From an uncultured Gammaproteobacteria bacterium (GTDB taxonomy: Bacteria; Patescibacteriota; Patescibacteriia; Patescibacteriales; UBA12465), in the NCBI GenBank assembly GCA_964408775.1, contig CAYPAP010000002.1, positions 1,109-65,108 on the forward strand: a stretch of DNA of 64,000 nucleotides, in the 5' to 3' direction. Shown here one piece after another: positions 16,406 to 26,451 of the stretch. A model generated the notes under the pieces. The model had not been told where the DNA came from, ran no database searches, and was given only the letters and a program-made list of their open reading frames with translations. Both the position numbers and the translations under genes were made by a program. Within the stretch, counting starts at the first letter, position 1, and every line of letters starts with the position of its first letter.

Positions 16406-17158
16406 TCACCCCTGAGCCAAAACCAATCCCCAGATTTCACCCGCCCCAGCTTGCCTTAACTCTTTAGCAATTTCTTCCAAGGTAGAGCCAGTCGTACAAA
16501 CATCATCCACAATAATAATATTTTGTCCTCTTAAATTTTCTCCCTGCCACTTAAAGCATCCCGCCAGATTTTTTTGCCGGGCTTTTTTATTTAACTTGGC
16601 CTGAGCAATTTTATGCTTACTACGAATTAAGTCCTGACAAATATCCAAGCAAAGATCTTGAGCAATTTTTTCGGCTAAAATTTGACTTTGATTAAAGCCT
16701 CGCCAACGAAGACGTTTTTTGGATAGGGGAACAGGAATTAATAAATAATTTTTCAAATCCAAACTTAAATCCGAACTCAATTCCAAATTTAAATCTGAAG
16801 AAGATTTCTGTAAGAGGGGATTAACTCCAATATTATTTTTTAAAAAATTAACTAAGAATAATCCCAGAGGCTCACCTAGGTCCTTAATAAAATTATATTT
16901 ATAGGCCTTTATTAAATTAGCCAAATTTTTATCAGAAAAATCTCCAGCTATTAATACCCCCTTTAAAGTGAATTTATCTTTACATTTAGAACAAAATTCA
17001 CCCAATTTACTGGGAACAGAGCAATTAGGGCAGTGTGGGTCCTTAGATTTTAGGTTGCGTAAACATTTGGAACATAGGTATTGACCTTCATCTTGGCAAA
17101 CTAAACAATTTTTGGGAAATAAAAAATCCAGCCAAAACTGAATTGCTTTTTTAATCAT
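16406..17158 (-). CDS. comFC: ComF family protein (double zinc ribbon plus phosphoribosyltransferase domain)
   Basis: N-terminal CxxC...CxxC pairs (CLVCQDE..CSKC, CPNC..CSKC) and the PRTase motif IIIVDDVCTTGSTL. Confidence 0.8.
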   Translation of the reverse strand: MIKKAIQFWLDFLFPKNCLVCQDEGQYLCSKCLRNLKSKDPHCPNCSVPSKLGEFCSKCKDKFTLKGVLIAGDFSDKNLANLIKAYKYNFIKDLGEPLGLFLVNFLKNNIGVNPLLQKSSSDLNLELSSDLSLDLKNYLLIPVPLSKKRLRWRGFNQSQILAEKIAQDLCLDICQDLIRSKHKIAQAKLNKKARQKNLAGCFKWQGENLRGQNIIIVDDVCTTGSTLEEIAKELRQAGAGEIWGLVLAQG

Positions 17159-17206
17159 TTATTTAGTTTTTAGATCTATGTTGAGAAATTTTTATAAACA
17201 GCCTTA

Positions 17207-18472
17207 TTAGCGAAGATCAATTTTGTGAATCTGTCCAGTAGTGTTATCGGTGAAAAAGATGGTTTTTTGATCCTGGCTTATTATTATTCCAGAAATATTA
17301 TAGGCTAAGTCCGGCGTGGCTATTAATTCTTTTTGTCCACTTCTGGTATCAATGCGGTATAGATTATCGTAAGAATCAGCGGCTAATTGCGGATAGAGAC
17401 CAGCTCCTTCAGGCAGCTCGTTAGGTACAGCACAGTAGACGGTAGTGTTATCAGCAAAAGAGCATTTTTCTGCCCAAGTTTCTAATTGTAGGTTAGTTCG
17501 GTTTACGCCGATACTTTCAGGCGAGGAATTTACTATCCATAATTTTGGTTTCAAATCGTCGTTGGGGGAATAAACACTGTATAATAATCTATCGCCACTT
17601 TCTGACCATTTGCTTTCAAATCCCCAGCCTTCGACAGTGGCCGACTTGAAGTTTTCCTTGTTTTGTCCAATAAAGAAAACTTCATTGCGAATAAAGTCTA
17701 CGCCCTTGGTGTACATTCCGACATATTGATTGTTGGGGGACCAAGATGGTATTACTGTGTCATCGTTAGTGCCGATAAACTCCAGGGCCCGACTTTGAGA
17801 ACCGTCGCTATTACTAACGATTAACCAGCGATTGTCCGGGTCTATCCCTAGGCTTTTATTGACTAATTTAGTGCTATCAGGTGAGAAGGAAAAATCTTCC
17901 CAGTGCTTGGGCAGGGTTACTTGTTTTTCGGTAGTAAAGTCATAAACAATTTTATTGCCGTCTGGGTATTCAATGACAGCTTTGGTCTTGTTTGGAGCCC
18001 ATTCAACATTTGATACGTTGTGGAAAACTTTATTGCTTAACGCAATTAAATCTCCCGATTCATTAACAATATAAAATTTACCATCTGATTGGTTGTAGAA
18101 TTGGACTGATCCTCCATCGCGACTGAGAGTTGGTTTTAGGCTGGGAGACTGGACTATGGTAGTGGTTTTAGTAACTCCTCCATCGGCAGTAGGGCTAACT
18201 TCTCCTGTTATTTGAGGACTAATAGGAACAGTTTGAGTATCATCTTCATCCTCATAATCTTCAATAAAACCAGGCCCTGAAGGGTCCACAACTTGTCCGG
18301 GCCCTTCCGGAGATATGGGTAGCCCCGTTACTGGGTCAAGAACAACATCAGTTGGTTTTTGAGTAATAATTTGAGATTTAAAGAAGGTATTCCAGATGAA
18401 GATAGCCATCAGAACAACGAAGGTTAAAAATATTAGAACTAGAATTATTTTTTTTATTTTACCCTTTTCCAT
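17207..18472 (-). CDS. Membrane-anchored TolB-like beta-propeller (PD40 repeat) protein
   Basis: N-terminal TM helix, then repeated W/FSPD-type blades (WAPNKTKAV, FSPDSTKLV, WSPNNQYVG, WSESGDRLLY). Confidence 0.65.
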   Translation of the reverse strand: MEKGKIKKIILVLIFLTFVVLMAIFIWNTFFKSQIITQKPTDVVLDPVTGLPISPEGPGQVVDPSGPGFIEDYEDEDDTQTVPISPQITGEVSPTADGGVTKTTTIVQSPSLKPTLSRDGGSVQFYNQSDGKFYIVNESGDLIALSNKVFHNVSNVEWAPNKTKAVIEYPDGNKIVYDFTTEKQVTLPKHWEDFSFSPDSTKLVNKSLGIDPDNRWLIVSNSDGSQSRALEFIGTNDDTVIPSWSPNNQYVGMYTKGVDFIRNEVFFIGQNKENFKSATVEGWGFESKWSESGDRLLYSVYSPNDDLKPKLWIVNSSPESIGVNRTNLQLETWAEKCSFADNTTVYCAVPNELPEGAGLYPQLAADSYDNLYRIDTRSGQKELIATPDLAYNISGIIISQDQKTIFFTDNTTGQIHKIDLR

Positions 18473-18599
18473 TTTTTTGTTTTTATGTTATAATTATACT
18501 AGGAAATAAATAAATTATTTCTGGTCAAATTATAACATATTTTAATAAAGTCTTCAATCTTTTAATTATTATTTTTTTAAAATTTTAAAACGAAAAACT

Positions 18600-19640
18600 A
18601 TGGGATTATTTTCTTCGGCTGATAATAAATACTTAGGAATTGATATCGGTGATTCTTCTTTGAAGATGGTAGAGCTAACCAAAAAAGGTAAGAAAATTAT
18701 TTTATCAAATTATGGCCTAGCTGACAGTATTCCTAATTTTAGATTTTCTCAGTCTAGTGATGTTGATCACTTAGCGAGATCTATTATGAAAATGAAAAAG
18801 GAGTTAGGTATAAAGACTAATAAGGCAACGGTCTCTTTGTCTAGTTTTTCGGTTTTTTCTTCAGTTATAAACATAAACAATTATGACAAGAAAAGGCTAG
18901 ATGAAAGGGTTATGGAAGAAGCTAAAAAGGTTGTTCCCCTTCCATTGAGCGAAATGGTTTTAGATTGGAAAATCATCCCAAATAAAGAAGGTGAAAATAG
19001 TAATAACATTAAAATCTTCTTAACAGGGTCTCCTAAAAAGTTAGTTAAGAAGTATATTGATGTTTTTAAACAAACAGGAATTTATTTATCAAATTTAGAG
19101 ACGGAAACATTTTCTTTAATTAGATCTCTTTTGGGAGAGGATTCTTCTAGTGTTATGATAATCCAAATGGGGGCTAATAGCACAAACTTTTCTATTGTTA
19201 AAGACAGTATTCCTTTTTTAAATCGTAGTATAAATATTTCTGGAAAAACCATCACTGCTCAAATTAGTGAAAAAATGGGTATAGATGTTGAACAAGCTGA
19301 GCAATTTAAATTTGACCTGTCTGTTTCTGATATGTCTAAGGGAGGTGAAATACCCAAGGTTATTTTTAATGCCATTGAACCAATTATTGTAGAGATAAAA
19401 TACATGTTAGATTTATTTTCTAACTCTGGTGGTGGTAATATAGAGAAAATAATTCTTTCCGGTGGAGGAAGTTTATTATTTAATTTAGACAAATATTTAG
19501 AGAATTACGTTAATATTAAAACAATTATTGGCGATCCTTGGTTTAGGGTTGTTTGTCCGCGAGAACTAAAGCCTATCTTAGATCAGATGGGCCCTAAGCT
19601 GGGAGTAGCGGTTGGATTGGCCCTGCGAGGTATAGAATAA
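18600..19640 (+). CDS. pilM: Type IV pilus assembly ATPase-fold protein PilM
   Basis: Actin-like N-terminus YLGIDIGDSSLKMVEL, C-terminal ILSGGGSLL, and its position at the head of the pil operon. Confidence 0.8.
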   Translation: MGLFSSADNKYLGIDIGDSSLKMVELTKKGKKIILSNYGLADSIPNFRFSQSSDVDHLARSIMKMKKELGIKTNKATVSLSSFSVFSSVININNYDKKRLDERVMEEAKKVVPLPLSEMVLDWKIIPNKEGENSNNIKIFLTGSPKKLVKKYIDVFKQTGIYLSNLETETFSLIRSLLGEDSSSVMIIQMGANSTNFSIVKDSIPFLNRSINISGKTITAQISEKMGIDVEQAEQFKFDLSVSDMSKGGEIPKVIFNAIEPIIVEIKYMLDLFSNSGGGNIEKIILSGGGSLLFNLDKYLENYVNIKTIIGDPWFRVVCPRELKPILDQMGPKLGVAVGLALRGIE

Positions 19641-19676
19641 TTTTTTTAAAAATAATAACAAAAAATTTTTAATTTT

Positions 19677-20762
19677 ATGTTAGAGGATCTGAAAAAAATA
19701 AATAAAGATAAGATTCAGGATGATTCTACAGACAATGTGCCGGTTTTTGACGTCGATTCTGAAAAAGAATCTGATGAAGAGTTAGTTTCGGGCAACCATT
19801 TGTCCGATGATGAGTTATTGGAAAAAATGGGAGCAGTAAAAAAAGAGGAGGGGGAACCTTATTCAAAATCTTTGGCCGACAATCGTCCTGAGGATAAAGA
19901 GATTGATAAAAAGAAATTAAAACAAGAACAAGAGCAGAAGCAAAAACAGGAGCGGGAACAAGAGCAGGGGAGCGACAAGGAAAAGAAGGAGGAAAAAGAG
20001 CAAGGCAAGGATAAAGACAAGGATAAAGACAAAAATAAAGATAAAGATAAAGATAAGGATAAAAATAAAGATGAAGACAAGGAGCAGGAAGGTGACGAGG
20101 AGATGGAAGTGGGGGATATAATCATAAAACCAAATTTCTCAGAGAAAATTAAGGGATTTTTTAGTAAGAAAATAAAAAATAATTTAGAGTTATTAGAGGC
20201 TGATCTTATTAAGGACGAAGTTGAAATACAATTTGACTGGTCTAGTCATCTGGCCTCCTTTTTGTTGCTTTTTATTATTGCCTTTATTACCGTGGCCGAG
20301 GCCTGCGTCTTCTTTGGCTGGTGGGGTGAGAGCAAGGAATTCGAAGGAACTAATTATTTAGAAGCCGAAATAGCCTATGTAAACAGCGAAATAGAAAGAA
20401 TGAAGCCGGAATATGACGAGGCTGTTAGTTTTAGTAATCGTCTACGTTTATCAGCCATGGCCCTAGACAGACATATTTATTGGACTAACTTCTTTTCTCT
20501 ATTAGAAGCTAATACTCTGAAGAATATTTATTATCGTAATTTTTCGGGAGATGTTTATGGCAAATATGTCCTCCCAGCTGTTAGTAATAATGTCCTAGCT
20601 ATTAATTATCAGTCTAAAGTTTTTTCATCTGATGAAATGGTTTCCTCAACTGAGGTAAGTGATGAAAATATTATGAATACTGTAGACGAGGAGGGAGTCG
20701 AAAGATCTATTATTAATTTTAATTTCAATTTGAATTTAAATGATAGAATTTTTAAAGAATAG
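19677..20762 (+). CDS. PilN-like bitopic membrane protein with a long E/Q/K/D low-complexity cytoplasmic region
   Basis: The call rests on position after pilM and a single TM helix (LASFLLLFIIAFITVAEACVFFGWW). No conserved PilN motif was seen. Confidence 0.4.
   Translation: MLEDLKKINKDKIQDDSTDNVPVFDVDSEKESDEELVSGNHLSDDELLEKMGAVKKEEGEPYSKSLADNRPEDKEIDKKKLKQEQEQKQKQEREQEQGSDKEKKEEKEQGKDKDKDKDKNKDKDKDKDKNKDEDKEQEGDEEMEVGDIIIKPNFSEKIKGFFSKKIKNNLELLEADLIKDEVEIQFDWSSHLASFLLLFIIAFITVAEACVFFGWWGESKEFEGTNYLEAEIAYVNSEIERMKPEYDEAVSFSNRLRLSAMALDRHIYWTNFFSLLEANTLKNIYYRNFSGDVYGKYVLPAVSNNVLAINYQSKVFSSDEMVSSTEVSDENIMNTVDEEGVERSIINFNFNLNLNDRIFKE
20009..20083 (+). repeat. Imperfect GAT-AAA/GAC-AAG hexanucleotide tandem repeat encoding (DK)n
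   Basis: gataaagacaaggataaagacaaaaataaagataaagataaagataaggataaaaataaagatgaagacaag. Confidence 0.7.
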
Positions 20763-20786
20763 CTTTATTTATTATAAAAAAATACT

Positions 20787-21506
20787 ATGCTTAGTTTAAA
20801 AAAGGAGGAAAAAAATAGTCTGGCGGAAATAGAAGATCTTAATCGCAGGAGATCCAATGCTATTAATAAGTTTTTAAATTTGTATTTTAAATATATTGCT
20901 GTGTTTATAATTTTTGTTGTTCTTTGGGGTGGTTTTCGTTTTTTTATTAAACCTCGTTTTGATGAGGCTATGGCGTTGTCAGGGACTTCTACTAAACAAA
21001 AAAAATCTGAGTTTATTACCGCCTATAATAAAATGGAGGAATATAGCAATGTACTAGACGAATATTCTGAGGTTGACAAAGAGAAGATAAATAAAATTAT
21101 TAAAATGGTGCCAGAGGAATATTCGCGTGATGACTTGTTTACTGAAATAACTTATTTTTTGATCCAAAATAATTATAAAATAGATAATATCAGTGTTGTT
21201 AATCCCATGGCCTCTGAATCTCAACCAGATTTAGAAGCTGATGCCCCGGCTGGCCGTCGAACCACTACTCAGGCTGAAAGTTCCGTAGAGAGTGCCCCCC
21301 ATATTAACTACATAAAAGCATTGCCCTCCGGAATTGGATCTTGGTTTATTACTGTTAATTTATCTAATACTGATTATCCAGATTTAAAGAGATTATTGAA
21401 TCTCTTAGAAAGCAATTTAAAATTAATGGATGTTTTTTCGGTTGATTTTGAGCCCACATCAAACACGGCTACTATTAGCATATTAACCTATTATCAGAAA
21501 AATTAA
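20787..21506 (+). CDS. PilO-like bitopic membrane protein
   Basis: Third gene of the pilM operon, with an N-terminal TM helix and a coiled-coil-like segment. The call rests on context. Confidence 0.4.
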   Translation: MLSLKKEEKNSLAEIEDLNRRRSNAINKFLNLYFKYIAVFIIFVVLWGGFRFFIKPRFDEAMALSGTSTKQKKSEFITAYNKMEEYSNVLDEYSEVDKEKINKIIKMVPEEYSRDDLFTEITYFLIQNNYKIDNISVVNPMASESQPDLEADAPAGRRTTTQAESSVESAPHINYIKALPSGIGSWFITVNLSNTDYPDLKRLLNLLESNLKLMDVFSVDFEPTSNTATISILTYYQKN

Positions 21507-21524
21507 TTATAACATTTTAAATAT

Positions 21525-21908
21525 ATGGACAAAGTTTATCGCGTCACCTTAATATTCCTTTTTATAATTTTAATTCTAGCCAATGTAGCCTTTTTTGCTA
21601 TTGGGGATGAGTTTTTAACTTATTTAAAGATTGACACTAGACTAGAGACCCCCTATGAAATTATAAATCAGTCTAGATCTCTTAAGTCCGGGAGTTCTGT
21701 TTCTGGTCTTTTTGATATTAGTGTTGCTGAAACAGATAAATTTAATAGATTAAGAGGATTTGAAATTAATTTAGATGATATAGTTTTACCGGGTGATTTA
21801 TTACCTGGAGAGCAGATAGAAATTGGAGATGACGGGCAGATTATTATTGGAGACAAGGAACCTGAATTTGAAGTCGGCAATCCTAATCCATTTTCTCCGG
21901 GGTTTTAA
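21525..21908 (+). CDS. Small membrane-anchored protein of the pilus operon
   Basis: N-terminal TM helix (VTLIFLFIILILANVAFFAI). Lies between the pilO-like gene and pilB. Confidence 0.35.
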   Translation: MDKVYRVTLIFLFIILILANVAFFAIGDEFLTYLKIDTRLETPYEIINQSRSLKSGSSVSGLFDISVAETDKFNRLRGFEINLDDIVLPGDLLPGEQIEIGDDGQIIIGDKEPEFEVGNPNPFSPGF

Positions 21909-21928
21909 TTATTTTTTAAAAATTTTTT

Positions 21929-23701
21929 ATGATAAACAATTCGAAACTTTTTGAATTATTGAAAAGCAAGGGTTTACTGAAAGAAGAAGAAGTCAACGAA
22001 GTGGAAACAGCTTTAAAAAAGGACGAGGCTATCAACCTGGATTCTTTTTTGTTAAGGCAAAAAATTATTGGTCCAGAGAAATTAACTGAAGTTAAGGCCG
22101 AATTACTAGGACTGGAATATGTTAATTTAGTTGACATGACTATTCCTGAGGAAAAGCTTAACTTGATAAAAAAAGATTTAGCTGAAAATTATTTAGCAGT
22201 TTGTTTTGAGGCCGATGAAAACAATATGAGTGTTGGTTTGGTAAATCCAAATTTAAAGGCCATGGATGCCATCAGTTTTTTGGCTAAGCAGAAGAAAATG
22301 ACCGTAAGTTATTTCATGATATCTAAAATAAGCTTTAATTCCGTCTTCAAGCAATATGAGAAAATGGAAGAGCAGATTTCTAGCGCCATTGAAATAAAAG
22401 CCAAGGAGGATGAAAGGGAATTGGTTGAGGTCGACAAAGATGAAGAACAGGGGATTATGGATATGGAGGATGTCGATAATGCTCCAGTAGCTCAAATAGT
22501 TTCTGTTATTATTAAAAATGGAGTTGATAGTCGAGCTAGTGATATTCATGTTGAGCCCTATGAAAATGAAAGTAGAGTTCGTTATCGAGTGGATGGAATT
22601 TTAAAAAATGCTTTATTCTTACCAAAAAACATTCATAGTGCCGTAGTCGCTAGAATAAAAGTTTTAGCCAAGATGAAGCTAGACGAGACTCGTATTCCTC
22701 AGGATGGTAGAATAGTTTTAAATTTAGATGGCCGGGAAATTGATTTTCGTATTTCAACCCTACCTATTGGTAATAATAAGGAAAAGGCAGTTCTTCGTAT
22801 CTTGGACACAGTCAACTCTATTGTTACCCTAGAGGAATTAGGCTTTAATTCTTATGTCCTAGATGTCGTTGGAAGGAATATCAAAAAGACTAATGGTATT
22901 ATATTATCAACTGGTCCAACTGGTAGTGGTAAAACAACTACTTTGTATTCTATTATTAATATTTTAAATAAAGAGGGAGTTAATATTTCTACCTTAGAAG
23001 ATCCGGTGGAGTATCAGATTAAGGGTATTAATCAATCACAAATTAGGCCTAAAATTGGCTATTCTTTCGCTACTGGTCTTCGATCTTTAGTTCGTCAGGA
23101 CCCCGATATTATCATGGTGGGAGAAATCCGTGACGATGAAACGGCTGAGTTATCGGTTCATGCTGGTTTGACTGGTCACTTGGTTTTATCAACTCTTCAC
23201 ACTAACGATGCCTTGGGAACAATTTTTCGTTTGTTAGATATGAAAGTTGAACCTATTTTATTAGCCTCTATTTTGCGAGCAGTTATTGCCCAGAGATTGG
23301 TTAGAAAAATATGTCCTCATTGTCGCAAGGAGGTTGATGCTGAAACTAAGAGTGCTCTTATTGAAAAGGCTAAAAAAGAATTTTCTAATTTGAAGCCCGA
23401 GAGGATTATAAAAGAAGTTACGGAGTTAAAGGATATAAACAATTATGAAGATCTAAAACTTTATGAACCCGTTGGCTGTTCTCGTTGTCAGCAGACTGGA
23501 TATTTGGGCCGAGTTGTTATTGGTGAAGTAGTTGAGGTAGATGATAACTTAAGAAATATTATTATCAATAATCAAAAAGATATAGGTATCGAGAATATAA
23601 AAACAAGCCAAGAGTTTATTTCCATTAAACAAGATGGCCTGTTCAAGGTTCTAAATGGTGTAACTAACTTAGGCGAAGTTCTTAGGGTTATCGAAGTATA
23701 A
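21929..23701 (+). CDS. pilB: Type IV pilus assembly ATPase PilB (GspE family)
   Basis: Walker A STGPTGSGKTTTLYS, Asp/His boxes (VRQDPDIIMVGEIRD, TGHLVLSTLHTND) and the tetracysteine motif CPHC...CSRC. Confidence 0.9.
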   Translation: MINNSKLFELLKSKGLLKEEEVNEVETALKKDEAINLDSFLLRQKIIGPEKLTEVKAELLGLEYVNLVDMTIPEEKLNLIKKDLAENYLAVCFEADENNMSVGLVNPNLKAMDAISFLAKQKKMTVSYFMISKISFNSVFKQYEKMEEQISSAIEIKAKEDERELVEVDKDEEQGIMDMEDVDNAPVAQIVSVIIKNGVDSRASDIHVEPYENESRVRYRVDGILKNALFLPKNIHSAVVARIKVLAKMKLDETRIPQDGRIVLNLDGREIDFRISTLPIGNNKEKAVLRILDTVNSIVTLEELGFNSYVLDVVGRNIKKTNGIILSTGPTGSGKTTTLYSIINILNKEGVNISTLEDPVEYQIKGINQSQIRPKIGYSFATGLRSLVRQDPDIIMVGEIRDDETAELSVHAGLTGHLVLSTLHTNDALGTIFRLLDMKVEPILLASILRAVIAQRLVRKICPHCRKEVDAETKSALIEKAKKEFSNLKPERIIKEVTELKDINNYEDLKLYEPVGCSRCQQTGYLGRVVIGEVVEVDDNLRNIIINNQKDIGIENIKTSQEFISIKQDGLFKVLNGVTNLGEVLRVIEV

Positions 23702-23719
23702 TTTATTTTTTATAAAAAT

Positions 23720-24925
23720 ATGGCTATTTTTTCTTATAAAGCAAGGGATTCTAAAAATAGAATAAAAAGAGGCAAGGTAGTAGGATCAAATCAGGTTGAA
23801 GCTGCTAAATCTTTAAAAAAGAAAAATCTTTCCGTCGTTTATTTAAAAGATTTTTCTGATTCTCTTGAATTTAAAATTACAGCCTTTCTAAATCCAGTTA
23901 AGGCGAAGGACTTGGTGGTTTTTTCGCGTCAATTTTCTATTATGATGATGGCCAATGTTCCCATTATTGAATCTTTAAAAATAATTGTGGAGCAAACAGA
24001 GAATGTTAAATTTAAAAATATTCTGGCTGATGTTGCCTATGATGTTGATAATGGTTTATTTTTATCAGATGCTCTTAAAAAACACCCACATATCTTTTCC
24101 ACTTTTTATGCTAATGTAGTAAAAGCGGGAGAAACATCTGGTAAGCTAGACGAGGTTTTAAATTATTTGGCCGATGAAGTTGAAAAGGATTATGATTTAA
24201 CTAAGAAGTTTAAAGGAGCGATGATTTATCCAGCCTTTGTTATGTCGGGATTAGTTATTGCTGGTTTTGTGTTCTTATTCTTTGTTTTGCCGGAATTAAC
24301 CGTTATACTTCAGGAAACTGGCGCTACTTTACCTTTAGCTACCAGAATAATTATTGGTTTGGCTGATTTTTTACAGGCATACTACCTACCTCTAATTATT
24401 GTCCTAGTTACTGTTGTTTTTGGTTTAAGGTTGTTTTTTAAAACCAAGGTGGGTGAGAGGAATAGGGACTTGTTTCTAGTTAAAGCGCCAATCATTGGAC
24501 CTATTTTTCAATTAATTTATCTTATTAGATTTTCTCGTTCTTTTAGAACATTATTAAGAGGGGGTGTGACTGTTACTAAGAGTTTGTCTATAGTTGGAGA
24601 TATCGTCCGTAACACTGTCTACAAGGATATTATCGCAGAGACAATCGATGATGTTAACGAGGGAGGTTCAATTGTTTCTGTTTTAGAAAATAGTGATTAT
24701 GTTCCTAAAATGATCCCCGAAATGATGGCTATTGGAGAAAAAACTGGTCGCTTGGATGAGGTTTTGGAGGAAATCGCTAAATTTTATGATAAGGAGGTTC
24801 GAGTTAAATTGGATAATTTAAATACGATGTTAGAGCCTATTATCATGGTTATTATGGGTGTGGGTGTAGGTATTATGGTAGCCGCCATTATCATGCCGAT
24901 GTATAATTTGGCCAGTCAGTTTTAG
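23720..24925 (+). CDS. pilC: Type IV pilus platform protein PilC (GspF family)
   Basis: Duplicated GspF domains (FSRQFSIMMMANVPI...; FSRSFRTLLRGGVTV...) and three TM segments. Confidence 0.9.
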   Translation: MAIFSYKARDSKNRIKRGKVVGSNQVEAAKSLKKKNLSVVYLKDFSDSLEFKITAFLNPVKAKDLVVFSRQFSIMMMANVPIIESLKIIVEQTENVKFKNILADVAYDVDNGLFLSDALKKHPHIFSTFYANVVKAGETSGKLDEVLNYLADEVEKDYDLTKKFKGAMIYPAFVMSGLVIAGFVFLFFVLPELTVILQETGATLPLATRIIIGLADFLQAYYLPLIIVLVTVVFGLRLFFKTKVGERNRDLFLVKAPIIGPIFQLIYLIRFSRSFRTLLRGGVTVTKSLSIVGDIVRNTVYKDIIAETIDDVNEGGSIVSVLENSDYVPKMIPEMMAIGEKTGRLDEVLEEIAKFYDKEVRVKLDNLNTMLEPIIMVIMGVGVGIMVAAIIMPMYNLASQF

Positions 24926-24946
24926 TTTTTAATTTAAATTATCAAA

Positions 24947-25963
24947 ATGAATATTATTGATTTAAAAAAAGAAGATTTTTTAATAATCCAGGATGATTTT
25001 TTGTCAAAAAATAGTTCTTTTAAGGGATTGGTTGGGATGAGTTTTTTGCAATCTTTTCAATGGGCGGAAATTCAGGCCAGTTATGGCCGAAAAGTCGTTT
25101 TTAAGTCATTAGAGGTTGAAGATAAAGTGGTCGGTTTTTTTATCGCTATTGAGCACGATATTTTTAGATCCAGTAAGTATTGGTATATCCCTAGGGGGCC
25201 AATTTTTTTTAATAATCAGCAGGATTTTTGGTTTGATTTTTTCTTAGCCCTAAAAGAGATAGCTAAAAAAGAGCAATTGAGGTTTATTCGCCTGGAACCA
25301 ATTTATGATAATTTTTTAAATTATTTTAGTGTTGATAGAAATTTGCTTAAAACTGTTAATGTTCAGCCAGATAAAACTTCTTTTTTGGATTTAAGCTTGG
25401 ATGAGGATTTGTTGTTAAAGAGAATGAATCAAAAGACTAGATATAATATTAGATTGGCTGAAAAAAAAGGGGTAGAGATTTTGGAGCTTTCCGGTGATTT
25501 TTTAGAAGATTTTTGGCAATTGATATCAGTGACAGCTGGTCGAGATAATTTTTTTATCCATAGTAAAAAGTATTATCAGAATTTATTAAAATATAATAAT
25601 GGTTTTATACGTGTTTTTGCAGCTAAGTTCAAGGGTAAAACCTTGGCCATGGGAGTTTTTTCCTTCTTCGGTTCCACGGTCTCTTATTTACATGGGGCTT
25701 CTAGCAACGATCACCGCAACCTGATGGCGCCTCATTTGCTGCATTGGGAGATTATAAAGATAGCGAAAAGTGAGGGCTTCTTGAATTATGACCTTTATGG
25801 AGTGGATGATAAAAAATGGCCTGGCGTTAGTCGCTTCAAAAGGGGGTTTTCTGGTGAAAATATATCTTTCCCAGGGACCTTTGATTATGTTGTAGATAAG
25901 TGGTTTTATTTTATGTACAAATTTTTTAGACAAGCGCGGAGATTTTTTAAGAAAATTATTTAA
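24947..25963 (+). CDS. FemAB family peptidoglycan interpeptide-bridge aminoacyltransferase
   Basis: FLQSFQWAEIQ, MNQKTRYNIRLAEKKGVEI and YLHGASSNDHRNLMAPHLLHWE are typical FemAB/lipid II glycyltransferase blocks. Confidence 0.75.
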   Translation: MNIIDLKKEDFLIIQDDFLSKNSSFKGLVGMSFLQSFQWAEIQASYGRKVVFKSLEVEDKVVGFFIAIEHDIFRSSKYWYIPRGPIFFNNQQDFWFDFFLALKEIAKKEQLRFIRLEPIYDNFLNYFSVDRNLLKTVNVQPDKTSFLDLSLDEDLLLKRMNQKTRYNIRLAEKKGVEILELSGDFLEDFWQLISVTAGRDNFFIHSKKYYQNLLKYNNGFIRVFAAKFKGKTLAMGVFSFFGSTVSYLHGASSNDHRNLMAPHLLHWEIIKIAKSEGFLNYDLYGVDDKKWPGVSRFKRGFSGENISFPGTFDYVVDKWFYFMYKFFRQARRFFKKII

Positions 25964-25981
25964 TGGTTTTAAATTTATTAT

Positions 25982-26374
25982 ATGTTAGAGATTAATAATT
26001 TAACCAAAAAAAGAATAAATAAAAGCCGTTTGCAAAAAATAGCTCTAGCTTTTTTTAAGAAATATAAGTTTTCTTTAAATAGGGATATCTCCCTGGCTAT
26101 TGTTACCGATAGGAAAATGAAGACGATTAATTTGGCCTATAGGGGACAAGACAAAACTACTGATGTTTTGTCTTTCTCAGACTTAGATGAGATTTTAATA
26201 AGTTATGATCAGGTAAGTCGTCAGGCTAAGGATTCGGGGCGCAGTGCAAAGGGTGAGTTGGAGTTTATTTTTGTTCATGGATTACTTCACTTAGCTGGTT
26301 TTCGTGATGATACTGAAAAGGGGCGCTTAAAGATGATTGCTGAAGGGGAGTCTTTTTTAGAAGATATTGCTTAG
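25982..26374 (+). CDS. ybeY: rRNA maturation endoribonuclease YbeY (variant metal-binding motif)
   Basis: 130 aa with TDVLSF and the motif VHGLLHLAGFRDD. Compare the canonical HGxLHLxGYDH: Asp sits where the third His is expected. Confidence 0.75.
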   Translation: MLEINNLTKKRINKSRLQKIALAFFKKYKFSLNRDISLAIVTDRKMKTINLAYRGQDKTTDVLSFSDLDEILISYDQVSRQAKDSGRSAKGELEFIFVHGLLHLAGFRDDTEKGRLKMIAEGESFLEDIA

Positions 26375-26451
26375 GTTAGTTTATCTTAGTAGACTAAAGA
26401 CATTTTTTAATATTTTTGCTATAATTTAAATAGAGTTTTTAATCAATTTTT

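Noticed and set aside
18473-18599. Possible divergent promoter (TGtTATAAT at 18486-18494) for the pilM operon
   Set aside because: The -35 region is weak (TTTCCA) and falls inside the start of the divergent gene. In DNA this AT-rich, TATAAT-like hexamers are too frequent to call without transcript data.
19859-20125. Antisense ORF encoding (SL)n / SCS repeats
   Set aside because: It is the mirror image of the (DK)n/(EQ)n hexanucleotide repeat in the PilN-position gene and is not an independent gene.
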